Shown here: piece by piece, positions 18,702 through 29,000 of the stretch
Layout of the letters: each line of letters opens with the position of its first letter
How positions within the stretch are numbered: position 1 is the first letter of the stretch
Assembly: GCA_000993205.1 (NCBI GenBank)
Contig: LBVU01000004.1
Span: 124,113 to 188,112, forward strand
Length of the DNA stretch: 64,000 bases
Direction of reading: 5' to 3'
DNA from: Candidatus Woesebacteria bacterium GW2011_GWB1_39_10
Lineage (GTDB): Bacteria > Patescibacteriota > Microgenomatia > UBA8517
Program-made: the position numbers and the translations under genes
Notes under the pieces: generated by a model
Told to the model about the DNA's origin: nothing
The model's database searches: none
The model's input: the letters and a program-made list of their open reading frames with translations, nothing else

Positions 18702-19467
18702 TAAAAGCTCTGAATTTGTACTTCAGGTCGGGAGTATTCCAAACCGATGTGACAATTTTTGGTCTATCCTTAAAAAAAACTTCTGGGAAATAAAAATCTT
18801 TAGGAAATTCGTCACCTATTTCATACTTCAGTTTCTTAGATCTTTTATATACATCTTGATTTTTATCGGACCGGCGCAAGTGAGTTGCATGCAAATAAGG
18901 TGCTTCTACGAAAATCATTTTAGATTGATTCCTTTTTTCGATTCTTTTTCCTTCTGCGTCAAACCAGCCAAAGATTCCATGTTTTCCTTTTGTGGTAAGT
19001 CCCGGAATATGCCTATTAAAGGCTCGCAGAGCATAGTGACCAACCTTGCTCGCAAGATTATATCTGCCAGCTTTTTTTTCCTGATAATGGAATATGTCAC
19101 CAACCAAATTATATGTGGGTACAACGATCGATTCTATGTTGTCGCCACTCGAATTAATCGTATCAACAACTTGCTTTATCGAATCATCCCACCATACTTC
19201 ATCCGCATCTACAATAATTACCCAGTCACAATCATCTTTCTGAAGCATTTCATCTCTAATTTTTGCTTCATCAAACTTATTTACAGACAATTTTTTAAAA
19301 TCAATGTTTTCATTCAATTTCATAATATTCTCTATAATTTCTATTGTGCCATCGGTACTTCCTGTATCCCATATATGGGCCCTATCAACGTATTTAATAA
19401 CAGACATTATTGAATACCAGGCAAATCTATTTTCATTTTTTAATAAAATGTGGGTACTAATTTTCAT
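18637..19467 (-). CDS. GT2-like glycosyltransferase (Glyco_tranf_2_4 type)
   Basis: HILLKNENRFAWYSIMSV...WDTGSTDGTIEII followed by VIIVDADEVW (DxD). Confidence 0.6.
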   Translation of the reverse strand: MKISTHILLKNENRFAWYSIMSVIKYVDRAHIWDTGSTDGTIEIIENIMKLNENIDFKKLSVNKFDEAKIRDEMLQKDDCDWVIIVDADEVWWDDSIKQVVDTINSSGDNIESIVVPTYNLVGDIFHYQEKKAGRYNLASKVGHYALRAFNRHIPGLTTKGKHGIFGWFDAEGKRIEKRNQSKMIFVEAPYLHATHLRRSDKNQDVYKRSKKLKYEIGDEFPKDFYFPEVFFKDRPKIVTSVWNTPDLKYKFRAFIETPLRKIYRRTLLRFQKHGY

Positions 19468-20803
19468 TTTTAGAATGTCTAAATTTAGCCAGAACCCAAA
19501 GGCCGGGAACTATAAAATTAAATATATTTCCTAAAAGTACGGCGTATGCGGCTCCCATAAAACCATAGTTTGATATAAGATACCATCCTGCACCAACGGT
19601 AATTAGAATGTTTCCGAAAGAAATAAAAACAAAAAGTTTCGGGTACTCAAAATAATAGAATATGGATGTATGGGCGGGAACTGATATCAAAAAGATCGCT
19701 TGAGCAAAAAGTAAAACAATAAAAGGACCGATTGCCTGTAAATAACTGCCCCCGTATAAGATCGGTATTATAAATTTTGACAAGGGTATCCCGACAGCGA
19801 TCCCAAAAATTGCCATAAAAATTGTAAAAATCTGAACTTTTTTGAGATACAACTTTGCCTTTAAATCTGAGTCAAATCCCGCAAGCTTGGGGGCTACAAC
19901 GGTACCAATAGCAAAGACGATCTGTGGAATAATACTGGAGAGCTGTAGTGCCGAAGAATAAATCCCGACATCATGCAGTGATAAAAGACTTGTTGAAAGT
20001 AATGTGTCAACCCTGCCTCCGAATGCTGCAACCAGTGTAAACAACGCAATCCAAATGTTATAACGGAAAAATTCACCGGCAACCTCTTTTTCATTTTCAA
20101 CATCAAAGAATTTAGGCAAAAACATGAGTCCCGCCAAAAAACCCAAAAAAGGAACCAAAATATACACGCTCAAAAAAGTGTTTGCACTCAAGAAACCAAA
20201 ATAGATAAGAGCCAAGGTTATCAAAAGGCGTATTAAATTTGTACCAATATTAACGCCATTCCAAATCCAGTATTTTTGAAGAGATTGGAGAGCGTATGTA
20301 GAAAAGGAAAAAAGTAAATAGCTTCCCACACCAATAAGAGCAAGGCGCATAGGAAAAATAAGTTCTGGTTTGGCAAAAAATCCATTTACAATCCCCGGCA
20401 CCAGGAACCAGCCTATGGATAAAACTGCAAGCCAGATCATAATCCGGACCTTCAGTGACAATTTTAGAAACTTGAATGCGCGAATCTTATCGGTATTTAT
20501 GTACTTACCTACAAATCGCACCATTCCGGTATCGCTGCCTACGTTGGCAATATCCCCAATGAGTGTTAGGATGGCAACAGAGACCGAAAAGGTTCCAAAA
20601 GCCGCCGGACCAAGTTGTCTTGCTAAAACAAAATAAAATACTAAGCCAAGAATTCCGTTTACAATAGTTCCGGATGATGTAATTAATGTCTGAGAAATAG
20701 TCTTTGTGGACAGAATTTCCTTTACTTTATCTAGATTTACGGTAAATCGCATATGCCAAGTATGACACAAGAAGCACTGAAATTGAACCCAAACTGATTC
20801 CAT
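19457..20803 (-). CDS. wzx: Wzx-type oligosaccharide flippase (MOP/PST superfamily polysaccharide biosynthesis protein)
   Basis: About 14 TM helices, glycine-rich hydrophobic profile, N-terminal ...TLITSSGTIVNGILGLVFYFVLARQLGPAAFG typical of the PST family. The probable true start is the internal MRFTVNLDKV (about 20752). Confidence 0.8.
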   Translation of the reverse strand: MESVWVQFQCFLCHTWHMRFTVNLDKVKEILSTKTISQTLITSSGTIVNGILGLVFYFVLARQLGPAAFGTFSVSVAILTLIGDIANVGSDTGMVRFVGKYINTDKIRAFKFLKLSLKVRIMIWLAVLSIGWFLVPGIVNGFFAKPELIFPMRLALIGVGSYLLFSFSTYALQSLQKYWIWNGVNIGTNLIRLLITLALIYFGFLSANTFLSVYILVPFLGFLAGLMFLPKFFDVENEKEVAGEFFRYNIWIALFTLVAAFGGRVDTLLSTSLLSLHDVGIYSSALQLSSIIPQIVFAIGTVVAPKLAGFDSDLKAKLYLKKVQIFTIFMAIFGIAVGIPLSKFIIPILYGGSYLQAIGPFIVLLFAQAIFLISVPAHTSIFYYFEYPKLFVFISFGNILITVGAGWYLISNYGFMGAAYAVLLGNIFNFIVPGLWVLAKFRHSKNEN

Positions 20804-23255
20804 TACTCAATTTTAAATTCTTCTCGCCCGTAAATTTAACCGTTACTTGATCAGCGTCTCCCAGATAAAATCCGTTTATCATAGAAAAAACCGGCAAATG
20901 CAGGTTGGATACATCGGATTCCCATCCGCGGTCAAAATTCTGAGTATAAATAAGCCAACTGTCATCGTCGCTTAACTGGTATTCATTTGTTAAACCACCA
21001 TTTTCTTTAATTGAAACGTCGTGCCATTCGGAAAGTGATGGGTTGGAATTATCTGAAATTCCAAAACGAGACATATACGCCTCAGCCTGTTTAATGGAAT
21101 CATTAAATTCACCTTCTGAAACAACAGCAATCGTATTTAAAACTTCCAAGTTCGTATCATTTTCAATCTCATATTCAAACTTGCCGGACTTTAAGGTTCT
21201 TTGTTCGAAATTCCATGTTAGTTTTTGCTGCTTTAAAGTCCCAGATCTTTTGGCTATTACATATTTTCCATCTTTCGGAATTTCAAAAATATAGTTAATT
21301 TTTTCTCCCTTTTTTGTAGAAAATGCCAATCCGCACCCAAAATCAAAATCCCTAAACTTATAACCTCGAATTAAAAGTTCATATTTATACTTAAGGTATT
21401 GATTAGAACTATAAATAGCCCATTCTGATTTTGAAGCATCGCCTACAAATTTGAAGTACCGTTGCAAAAAACTCATAGCAAGGTCTGTGGAATTACCTCC
21501 GTTCAATACTATTTTTAAAGAGTCCGGTCTAATTTTTTCAAATATTTTGGGATCAAATTTACCGCTCTCAGCGTAAACAGCTGTCGGAATTTTACTGGTA
21601 GGGATAATGTCGGACCCGACAATAAGTGCCAGTTTCTTTACCGAATAAACTTCCGGTCTTGGATCTTCAATCCTAAAAACCGGAATCTTTGTTCCCCAAT
21701 CTTCTTTTGTAAGTCCCGGAGTCTGTGAAACCAATTTGTTTATTTCCTCCCAATTTTTTACATCGTTCCTTGTCGGATAAAGATTGCGGGGGTCACCGGA
21801 CAATATAATATATTTAACACCAAATACTCTTAGCCAGTTTACAAAACCCTGATTATTCAAAAAATTGTAAGGGTCTTCACCCTCGTTAATGGAAGCAAAT
21901 GGTCTATACGACACAAGTTGGTTAGCACTAAGGGCTGGTTTAGCTGAAGTTTCGAAAGCAACCTGTGGTTTTTCGTTAAACCATAACGTCTTGAAATTAT
22001 CGTTCACCTGATTCAAATTGTTATATATTATCTGATAATCACTGCTTTCACGCCTTGCAGATAAATTAAAGTTCATTTTTCCGATAATCGCTGGGGAAAT
22101 TAGTAAAATAAGGTATAGGTAGACCGCAACAAATACGAACCGCTTTAAGTGAATATTTCTAAATAAATTACAGGCCAAGTCAACCGTATTCCCAATTAAA
22201 ATTCCCCCCAAAAGGACCATGGGAATAAAAAACTTGCTTGAATCCCTGAAAATAGAACCGAATGGAACCCTGTTTACAAAAAATTCATACCAACTTCCCA
22301 ACGGGGGCGCGCTTCCTTTGGAAACAAAGGCAAAAAATAAAAATATCAGGGAGAAAATATAATATTTTTTATCCACCTTCCTGAACATTAATCCGCCGAA
22401 CGCCAAAGCAGGAATAAGGGAAAAGTAAAAAAACGGCTGAACGACTTTACCAAAAATGTTAGACGGCCAGTGAGGCGCAAATAAAAACAAAGAATTAAGG
22501 AGCGACGAAAGTTGGAGTTCTGTAACTGAAGTACTAAGCCCCCCCACTCCACCTTTCATTATAGGCAAGAGCCAGGAAGCATTCACGGGAATTAAAAGAA
22601 TTCCGGCCAACATTAACCAGAACAAATTTTTAACCCGGACTTCTAAAATTTGCCACAAAAATATTACCAGAAAAGACAAGGTTCCGATGCGGGGATCAAT
22701 ATAACAAAGAGTAACAGTTGCAAAAAGAGCAAGGGCAAATTTATGGATTGAAAAATTATCAAGAAACCTTTTCCAAAAAAGAACCGTAAATGGAAAAACA
22801 CCATAACTAAGAGCTATTCCCACCTGTCCGCCATCTATCAATAAAATAAAATAAGTATTCAAAAGATAAAAGAGTGAAGAAAAGAATTGCACAGTTTTTG
22901 ACAATTTTAGATATCTGGTCAAAAAATAAGGACCAAACCCGGCAAGTATTACAGACGGAAAATAAAAAAGAATTCTGACAATTGCGTCGTTTCCCAATCC
23001 AAGATATTTATTAAGGGCTCCATAAATCACCATCATTGGAGAAAGCCAAAGAGCGAGATTTCTTCCGCCAAAATCCGTACCATTTTGGGACCAAATCGAA
23101 AGCCCCGAAACAAGTTCCTTCAATCCTTCGGGGTAAAAATACGGAGCATCTCCCCAAGCCAAATGCAGATTTCTAAAAAAAGATATAAAAACAAAAAAGG
23201 AAGGGGTCAAAATCAAAAATACATAAAACAAGTTATTTATATGCTTTTTATTCAT
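20727..23255 (-). CDS. Large polytopic membrane protein (842 aa): N-terminal multi-TM domain, large extracytoplasmic domain and C-terminal TM anchor. Candidate GT-C glycosyltransferase (YfhO/AftD-like architecture)
   Basis: Hydrophobic N-terminal roughly 400 aa with acidic loop HLAWGDAPYFYPEG. Roughly 400 aa hydrophilic domain. The C-terminus ends ...INGFYLGD...ISLGSISVLLVSYLAYAIYRK (a TM helix). Confidence 0.45.
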   Translation of the reverse strand: MNKKHINNLFYVFLILTPSFFVFISFFRNLHLAWGDAPYFYPEGLKELVSGLSIWSQNGTDFGGRNLALWLSPMMVIYGALNKYLGLGNDAIVRILFYFPSVILAGFGPYFLTRYLKLSKTVQFFSSLFYLLNTYFILLIDGGQVGIALSYGVFPFTVLFWKRFLDNFSIHKFALALFATVTLCYIDPRIGTLSFLVIFLWQILEVRVKNLFWLMLAGILLIPVNASWLLPIMKGGVGGLSTSVTELQLSSLLNSLFLFAPHWPSNIFGKVVQPFFYFSLIPALAFGGLMFRKVDKKYYIFSLIFLFFAFVSKGSAPPLGSWYEFFVNRVPFGSIFRDSSKFFIPMVLLGGILIGNTVDLACNLFRNIHLKRFVFVAVYLYLILLISPAIIGKMNFNLSARRESSDYQIIYNNLNQVNDNFKTLWFNEKPQVAFETSAKPALSANQLVSYRPFASINEGEDPYNFLNNQGFVNWLRVFGVKYIILSGDPRNLYPTRNDVKNWEEINKLVSQTPGLTKEDWGTKIPVFRIEDPRPEVYSVKKLALIVGSDIIPTSKIPTAVYAESGKFDPKIFEKIRPDSLKIVLNGGNSTDLAMSFLQRYFKFVGDASKSEWAIYSSNQYLKYKYELLIRGYKFRDFDFGCGLAFSTKKGEKINYIFEIPKDGKYVIAKRSGTLKQQKLTWNFEQRTLKSGKFEYEIENDTNLEVLNTIAVVSEGEFNDSIKQAEAYMSRFGISDNSNPSLSEWHDVSIKENGGLTNEYQLSDDDSWLIYTQNFDRGWESDVSNLHLPVFSMINGFYLGDADQVTVKFTGEKNLKLSNGISLGSISVLLVSYLAYAIYRKSR

Positions 23256-23412
23256 TTTTTGAATAATTAATAATTACTCCGATTACCAAAACAAAAAACA
23301 TATAATTCGATATTTTTATTGCCACTCCTGAATGGTTTGTAAAAAGTAAAAAACCTGTTACCAAATAATCTAGTAACACAAAAGCCAAAATATATTTTCC
23401 CATTATTTTCAT
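23248..23412 (-). CDS. Small hypothetical membrane protein (54 aa, 2 TM), not in the ORF track
   Basis: The reverse complement reads MKIMGKYILAFVLLDYLVTGFLLFTNHSGVAIKISNYMFFVLVIGVIINYSKNE*. A TATAAT box lies 10 nt upstream. Its stop overlaps the ATG of the 842-aa gene (ATGAATAA). It fills an otherwise 170-bp gap. Confidence 0.35.
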   Translation of the reverse strand: MKIMGKYILAFVLLDYLVTGFLLFTNHSGVAIKISNYMFFVLVIGVIINYSKNE

Positions 23413-23426
23413 TTTAACAAATTATA

Positions 23427-24230
23427 CTAAACCCCCTCCGTCCAATATCTGCCAGTATAAAAACGAAACACCATAAATGTAAAACCCTTTAACGCCTTGT
23501 AAAGATACCTTAACTTAAGCTTATTGCCTTTTTTTGCGTTTCCATACTTTACAGGAACCATTTTGTATTTCGCTCCAAGTTTTAACGAAAGTACTCTCAA
23601 TTCCGTTTGTACCAAATGCGGAACAATGGTTACAGAAACCCATTTTTCTATGTCTGACTTAGAAAATAGTTGTTTTAAAAATTTTGAAGAGAAGGCTTCA
23701 TAACCACTGGTTAAGTCGGACAGAGGTGGATATATCCCAAAAAAAACATTAGAAAGAGAAGTTCCGATTTTACTAATGATTACTCTTTGTATAGGTAAAT
23801 TTTTAAAACCACCCCCTCTTGAAAATCTCGTGGAAAATACACAATCACATTTTTCTTCGATCAGCCCTTTTAAAAAAATTGGGATCTTATTGGGATCGTG
23901 CATGGCCACGTCCATCTCTATAACATAATCTACTCCATCGGCAACCGCCCTTTCAAAACCTGACAGGTAGGATCTGGCAAACGTCAATTTTTTATTTTTT
24001 ATTAGTTTATGATTGGATATTACCTTTTTATACTTTTTAGAAAGCTTGATGACAAAGTTGTAACTTTCGATGGGTGTGTAATCATCGGTAGTAAAAACAA
24101 TCTCAAATTTACCGAAATATTTGGTTTTTGAAAATACTTTATATATATCTTCAACAGTCTTTTCTAACGATTTAAAGGTTTCTCTACCAACACACAAACA
24201 CACAGCAATTTTGGGTTTATTTTTATACAT
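23427..24230 (-). CDS. GT2 glycosyltransferase, DPM1-like
   Basis: KIAVCLCVGRETFKSL..., EMDVAMHDP (a D-x-D..H motif like the Dpm1 DAD motif), and YGNAKKGNKLKL. Confidence 0.65.
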   Translation of the reverse strand: MYKNKPKIAVCLCVGRETFKSLEKTVEDIYKVFSKTKYFGKFEIVFTTDDYTPIESYNFVIKLSKKYKKVISNHKLIKNKKLTFARSYLSGFERAVADGVDYVIEMDVAMHDPNKIPIFLKGLIEEKCDCVFSTRFSRGGGFKNLPIQRVIISKIGTSLSNVFFGIYPPLSDLTSGYEAFSSKFLKQLFSKSDIEKWVSVTIVPHLVQTELRVLSLKLGAKYKMVPVKYGNAKKGNKLKLRYLYKALKGFTFMVFRFYTGRYWTEGV

Positions 24231-25446
24231 GCAATACTTTCTTTGAAAAAGAGATCGCTTGTTCTACTGCAACATCCGAATTCACATGTTCCCATCTCCC
24301 CCATCTTCCAATTCCAAAAATTTTATTTTTCTCTCCCCATTTTAAAATATCTGCTATTATTTTATTTTTCCCGATAACATTTACTGGGTATGAATATTCA
24401 TTTGTCTGTGAAAAAATTTTACTCTTACCCTTATTCATTCTGGCAGCGTTCGTTTCTGTCCAATGCCCGCGGGATCCTGTGACGAAATTGTGTCTATGTA
24501 AAATTCTGTGAAATGAAACTTTTTCATCGGGAATATATGTCCAATGTGCAGGAGAATCGAAATTGGTATTAAAATAATCAACACGTATTGGTACATGTTT
24601 TAATTTAAGCATCTTTTTATTTATATTGACAGGGAAATTGGAAACCCTAGATAAGGTTGGCCAAGGAATTGTATTTACTACACACTCAGCTTTATATTTC
24701 TTATTTATGATTTTATTTTTAAAATCAAATGACTTTACCGAACAATTATATACGATATGACCTTCCATACTTTTGGCGATTTTTAACCAAACTTCGCCAT
24801 ACCCTCCAATTTTAGGGTAATAAAATTTTTTATGTGCCGGGATTCTACCTTTTGCCATTTTACTTAAACAACTTTCGATTATTTCTTCAAGCGACACGTC
24901 TGGAATTTTATTAAACCACGTAGTACTTAAATTTTTAAAATGGTCTCCCCACAATTTTTTGTTGTAGGGGATCATGTAATTTTTGGCAATTTCATCTCCA
25001 TATTTAAGATAGACCCACTTATGAAACTTTTTTACATTTGTTAATTTATTACGCGATACACTGGAAACTTTAAACAAAGACTTAAGGTAAATTACCTGAA
25101 GATCAATAGGTAAGTGCCATATGTGAGATTCAATCGGATAATCTATAAGTTGTCCGTGAATCGCTATTTTTGAAATTCTTTTATAAATGTTCCAATTTTT
25201 CTTCGGTAAAAAACGAAATATAAATTTTAATACTTCTTTATTCCTAACATCCAAAAAGTGCCCACCACCAATATCAAGTGGCGTATCATCTACAATTTTG
25301 CTTCTACACAGGCCCCCAGCCTCTTTCTCTTTTTCTAAAATAATAAATGACTTTTCTCCTCTATCTAACAACGATCTTCCAAGTGCAAGCCCCGAAGGCC
25401 CCGCACCAAGAATTAAATATTTGTATTCTTTGACTTTATTAACCAT
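24223..25446 (-). CDS. glf: UDP-galactopyranose mutase
   Basis: Alignment blocks against E. coli Glf: YLILGAGPSGL (FAD GxGxxG), YNKKLWG versus YTEKQWG, FYYPKIGGYGEVWLKIAKSM versus YQGIPVGGYTKLIEKM, EYSYPVN versus EPYYPVN, and GIGRWGRWEHVNSDVAVEQAI versus FGGRLAEYKYYDMHQVISAAL. Confidence 0.8.
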   Translation of the reverse strand: MVNKVKEYKYLILGAGPSGLALGRSLLDRGEKSFIILEKEKEAGGLCRSKIVDDTPLDIGGGHFLDVRNKEVLKFIFRFLPKKNWNIYKRISKIAIHGQLIDYPIESHIWHLPIDLQVIYLKSLFKVSSVSRNKLTNVKKFHKWVYLKYGDEIAKNYMIPYNKKLWGDHFKNLSTTWFNKIPDVSLEEIIESCLSKMAKGRIPAHKKFYYPKIGGYGEVWLKIAKSMEGHIVYNCSVKSFDFKNKIINKKYKAECVVNTIPWPTLSRVSNFPVNINKKMLKLKHVPIRVDYFNTNFDSPAHWTYIPDEKVSFHRILHRHNFVTGSRGHWTETNAARMNKGKSKIFSQTNEYSYPVNVIGKNKIIADILKWGEKNKIFGIGRWGRWEHVNSDVAVEQAISFSKKVLHV

Positions 25447-25650
25447 ATAAAATTATTAGGCATAGTATAGCCGACAAATAGTCTTTATGATATATAATAC
25501 GAGGATGACAGAAGATATATCAAATGAACCGCCAGAGCATGGAGGTTAGAAAAGAACACTAGAGGCCGAACAGGGAGGGGTTTTTGCCTTAAAAGCTGGT
25601 TCTTACAATCAAGCGACGGGGGGTAAAGGCAAAACTTAAATTAAATTTTA
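25447..25650. other. GC-rich intergenic island with an internal stem-loop; possible small structured RNA or regulatory leader
   Basis: The local composition (ccgccagagcatggagg...ggccgaacagggaggggtttttgcc...gcgacggggggtaaaggcaaaac) contrasts with its AT-rich surroundings. ttttgcctt at about 25579 pairs with aaggcaaaa at about 25628. No ORF of 60 aa or more. Confidence 0.2.
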
Positions 25651-26019
25651 TTAGGAGCTTATAAACTTAATAATTACTATTACCAAAAAACCATAAATAT
25701 AATTACCGATCAATTCCGATAACGGCAACAGGCCAAGTGAATCAAAAAAATAGGAGATTATAAATAAACCGAAACAAAAATACAAAATCGTTTTCCAACC
25801 AATTTTAAATATCTGGAATAAACTAGTCAAAATTAAAAAAACAACCAATTCCTTCGTAAAAATTAAATTAAAATAAGGTAGCTGCGAAACTAACAGCCAA
25901 AAGGACATCGTAAATATAAAGAGAATTAAGCGAACCCTATTAATGTTTATCCACACAAAAGCTTTACTTAAATAACCATCTAATAAACTATCCAAATAAC
26001 CAGGTTTAATTTTTCTCAT
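25651..26019 (-). CDS. Small hypothetical integral membrane protein (122 aa, 3-4 TM)
   Basis: Hydrophobic segments LILFIFTMSFWLLV, VVFLILTSLFQIF and YFCFGLFIISYFF. 14-bp overlap with the upstream giant gene. Confidence 0.5.
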   Translation of the reverse strand: MRKIKPGYLDSLLDGYLSKAFVWININRVRLILFIFTMSFWLLVSQLPYFNLIFTKELVVFLILTSLFQIFKIGWKTILYFCFGLFIISYFFDSLGLLPLSELIGNYIYGFLVIVIIKFISS

Positions 26020-29000
26020 TTTTTATTGTTCGTACCCAAGCTATTAAATATAATATCGCCAATATTATTATCGAAGAGATCGAAATTTTTAGACCCTTGC
26101 TAAATAATTCTTGTGGCTGGTACACCAACAACAAATCATATTGTCTACCTCCTCCAGACAATAACCACCCATTTTCATAACCATTCACTGAAAAGTGATC
26201 TGTAATCGGAGTACCGTTCGCATCTGTAAGTTTCCACAGACCATTAAATGCTTGATTAAAAATCAAAACCATATCGCCATTAAATTTGTTTGTCGTAATA
26301 TTGTATCTTGTTGGATCTATTTTTTTGTAAGTGAGAGTTGTCGCTTCGACATTAATACTATTATTTTTAACTGCATAAATTTCCGGATTAAAAATCTCAA
26401 GAACATTTAATTTAACATTTTCGGGAATGGATCTGTCGTATCTACAAAGATAAATCAATGGAACGTTCGCTCCCACAGAAGGATCAAAAAAATACTTAAA
26501 CGAGTTGCCATCAGGGTTTAACGAAACATCCATTTCAATATCACCCCTTAAGAATTCATCTGTTGATTGATTTCTCTGGCTATTCTCTTTGATATATAGT
26601 CTCATGTTCGGTAAATAGATATCAGATGATAAGGTCAAAACGTAATTTCTGTATTTATTAAAATTATTGATTTTGCCTATTACGCATCCGCGAGTTCCTA
26701 AAGGAAAGTCCACCTCTTCTTTATTGATAACTTTAAATAGGTCTGGTAAATATTGAAAAATTAAATCTAACTCTCCGGTTTTAGGAAATTCCGCTGGATC
26801 AGTAAACATCCACTTTTTATCCTCAACGTTCTTGAGATTTAAGTTTTGACCGGTGCTCAACGCCATGTCTGACGGAATGACAACTCCACCTTTGTTGTCG
26901 CTGGGCAACGTAGCCTTATCGATAAGAAGACTGTACTGACCGCTGGACGGAAGACTAATATTGTAAATTTTATTCAAATTCCATTTCCCTCCGTCCCCTA
27001 TCAATCCATCATATTGTTTTTTTAACAATGTACTTTGCCAAAGGATTTTAAACATATTATTTTTAATATCCGATTTCTCATAACCAAAATTTGAATTACT
27101 TATATAATCTCTGAAATATCTCTGAATAGGATTCACTGTTTCGTAAATTCTGGAAGCAAAATAGAAATTTGATTTCAGAGAGTTTGACTTGAAAAGTATA
27201 TTATTTATATTTTCCAAATAGTTATTCAAATCATTTAATCCCAGGTTTATATATTTTTTATCGATCTGTAAATCAATCATCGACCTTATCTCGCTCAGTT
27301 TAGTCATCGCTAAACCTATATGCGCGGCAAGTCTTGAATTTTCATCATCGACACTCGACAATATTTTTTCATTTCTTTCTTTCTTGATCGCATAAAAAGG
27401 TGAATTGGGCAACACTCTTACAGGAGGAAGGTCTGCGTGTTTCCCTAAATTTTCGACAAGACATGATTCACAGTTTAGAGGATAATATTCCTGAAGAACC
27501 AACTTATCTAAACCGTTATTTACACTCTCTGAACTCAACCAATCTTTCGTGTTGTCTTTTGAGATTATAGGTTCTTTGGATATATATATATGATCCTTGG
27601 GAACTGAAAAAAAATTATTGACCAGTCTAAACGTATTATTTTCTTCTGTGTTTTTGATACGTAAAAGTGACCATGGTCCGACTGTTTTGACAAGTTTTAA
27701 CTCGTCGTTGTCAATAAAACTTTTTACTGCTGCAAAATATTCTTCGCTTACCTCACTATCCTCAGCCTGAAAATCACTTCTTATAAATAAATAGTTTATT
27801 CCGAGTTTTTTTGAGACATCAAAAAAAACAGGGCTTTTTTGCAATAAAAGCGCAAAGAGTTTGTTTATCTTGTCTGATTCGACGGAATTATTTATTACAT
27901 CGTTGACCATGAACGAACCGTTAGCAAACAATACAGACGGCAACGGGGAAAGGCTCCAATACCCCCAGGTATAATTATCATTACCCGATCCGCCATCAAA
28001 GGCCGGTAACATTAATGCCCTTCCGGTAAAATTTGTATCTTTTAGCCAATTGTTAAACTCAGTCGCATATTCAGGAACCTTTACAAGTGTGCTTTTATCC
28101 GGCTGCCATTTAAACAAAAAGTCCCGGTTAAACATTATAAAGTTATAAAATAACCACCCGACGGCAACCGTCAATACAAAAAGCGGGCCGGAAATGAGCA
28201 TCGTATTCTTTAATCTACGACCAATCAGATTGTTAATCTTTGAAAAAATAAATTCCCCCAGTATCGACAATGAATATGCAAGAAGAATTGAATAGGAAAT
28301 TATGAACGAGGTGGCAAATTTAAAATAAGGAGACCGGAATATCGAAAACCCCGGAATTTTTTCATATAAAGCGGTGTAGACAAATCCCAACGGGGAGTTT
28401 GTCCCGGCTGTAAAAAACATTGAAATAAGTAGTAAAAATAAAAAGAAGAAAATCAGATATTTTTTATCTTTTTCTTTAACAAATAACATACCGGAAAATG
28501 ATAATATCGGAAGCAAAAAACTGACTAATACCAATATGCGATTAGTCAAATATAATCCTGCATAAGAATATTCGGGATTTGGTAAACCGCCAGTCAAATA
28601 CCATTCCGGAACGCCCTGAAATCTAAATAGATTAATAAAAAAGGTCCCTCTGCTTATATAAATAAGCCATTCCTTTCCTGCTGCAATTGTTCCCTGTCCT
28701 ACAACAACTGCGTAATCTGAGCTAATTAATATAGAAATAAAAGGCAAGATCGAATACATATTAAGCAAAACAAAAAAAACAAAACTTAAAAGACAGAAGA
28801 TTAAAGTTCTTCTAAAATAAGAAAGGTCTTTTTCCTTTTTCGCAATTATTATGGCAAATAGCAAATAAACCATTCCTGCAACAAATAAACTGCCATAAAG
28901 AGGTAAACCTAACCAGCTACCGCCATTAAAAATGGAAAAAATAACGGAAAAAATAATCGAACTTCTTAAAACCGGTTTTTTCCTGTCAAACAATATCCCC

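Noticed and set aside
25447-25650. A tRNA or other canonical RNA gene in the GC-rich island
   Set aside because: I could not find a 7-bp acceptor stem with a matching 3' end, a GTTC-type T-loop in register, or a CCA. I keep it only as an unclassified structured element.
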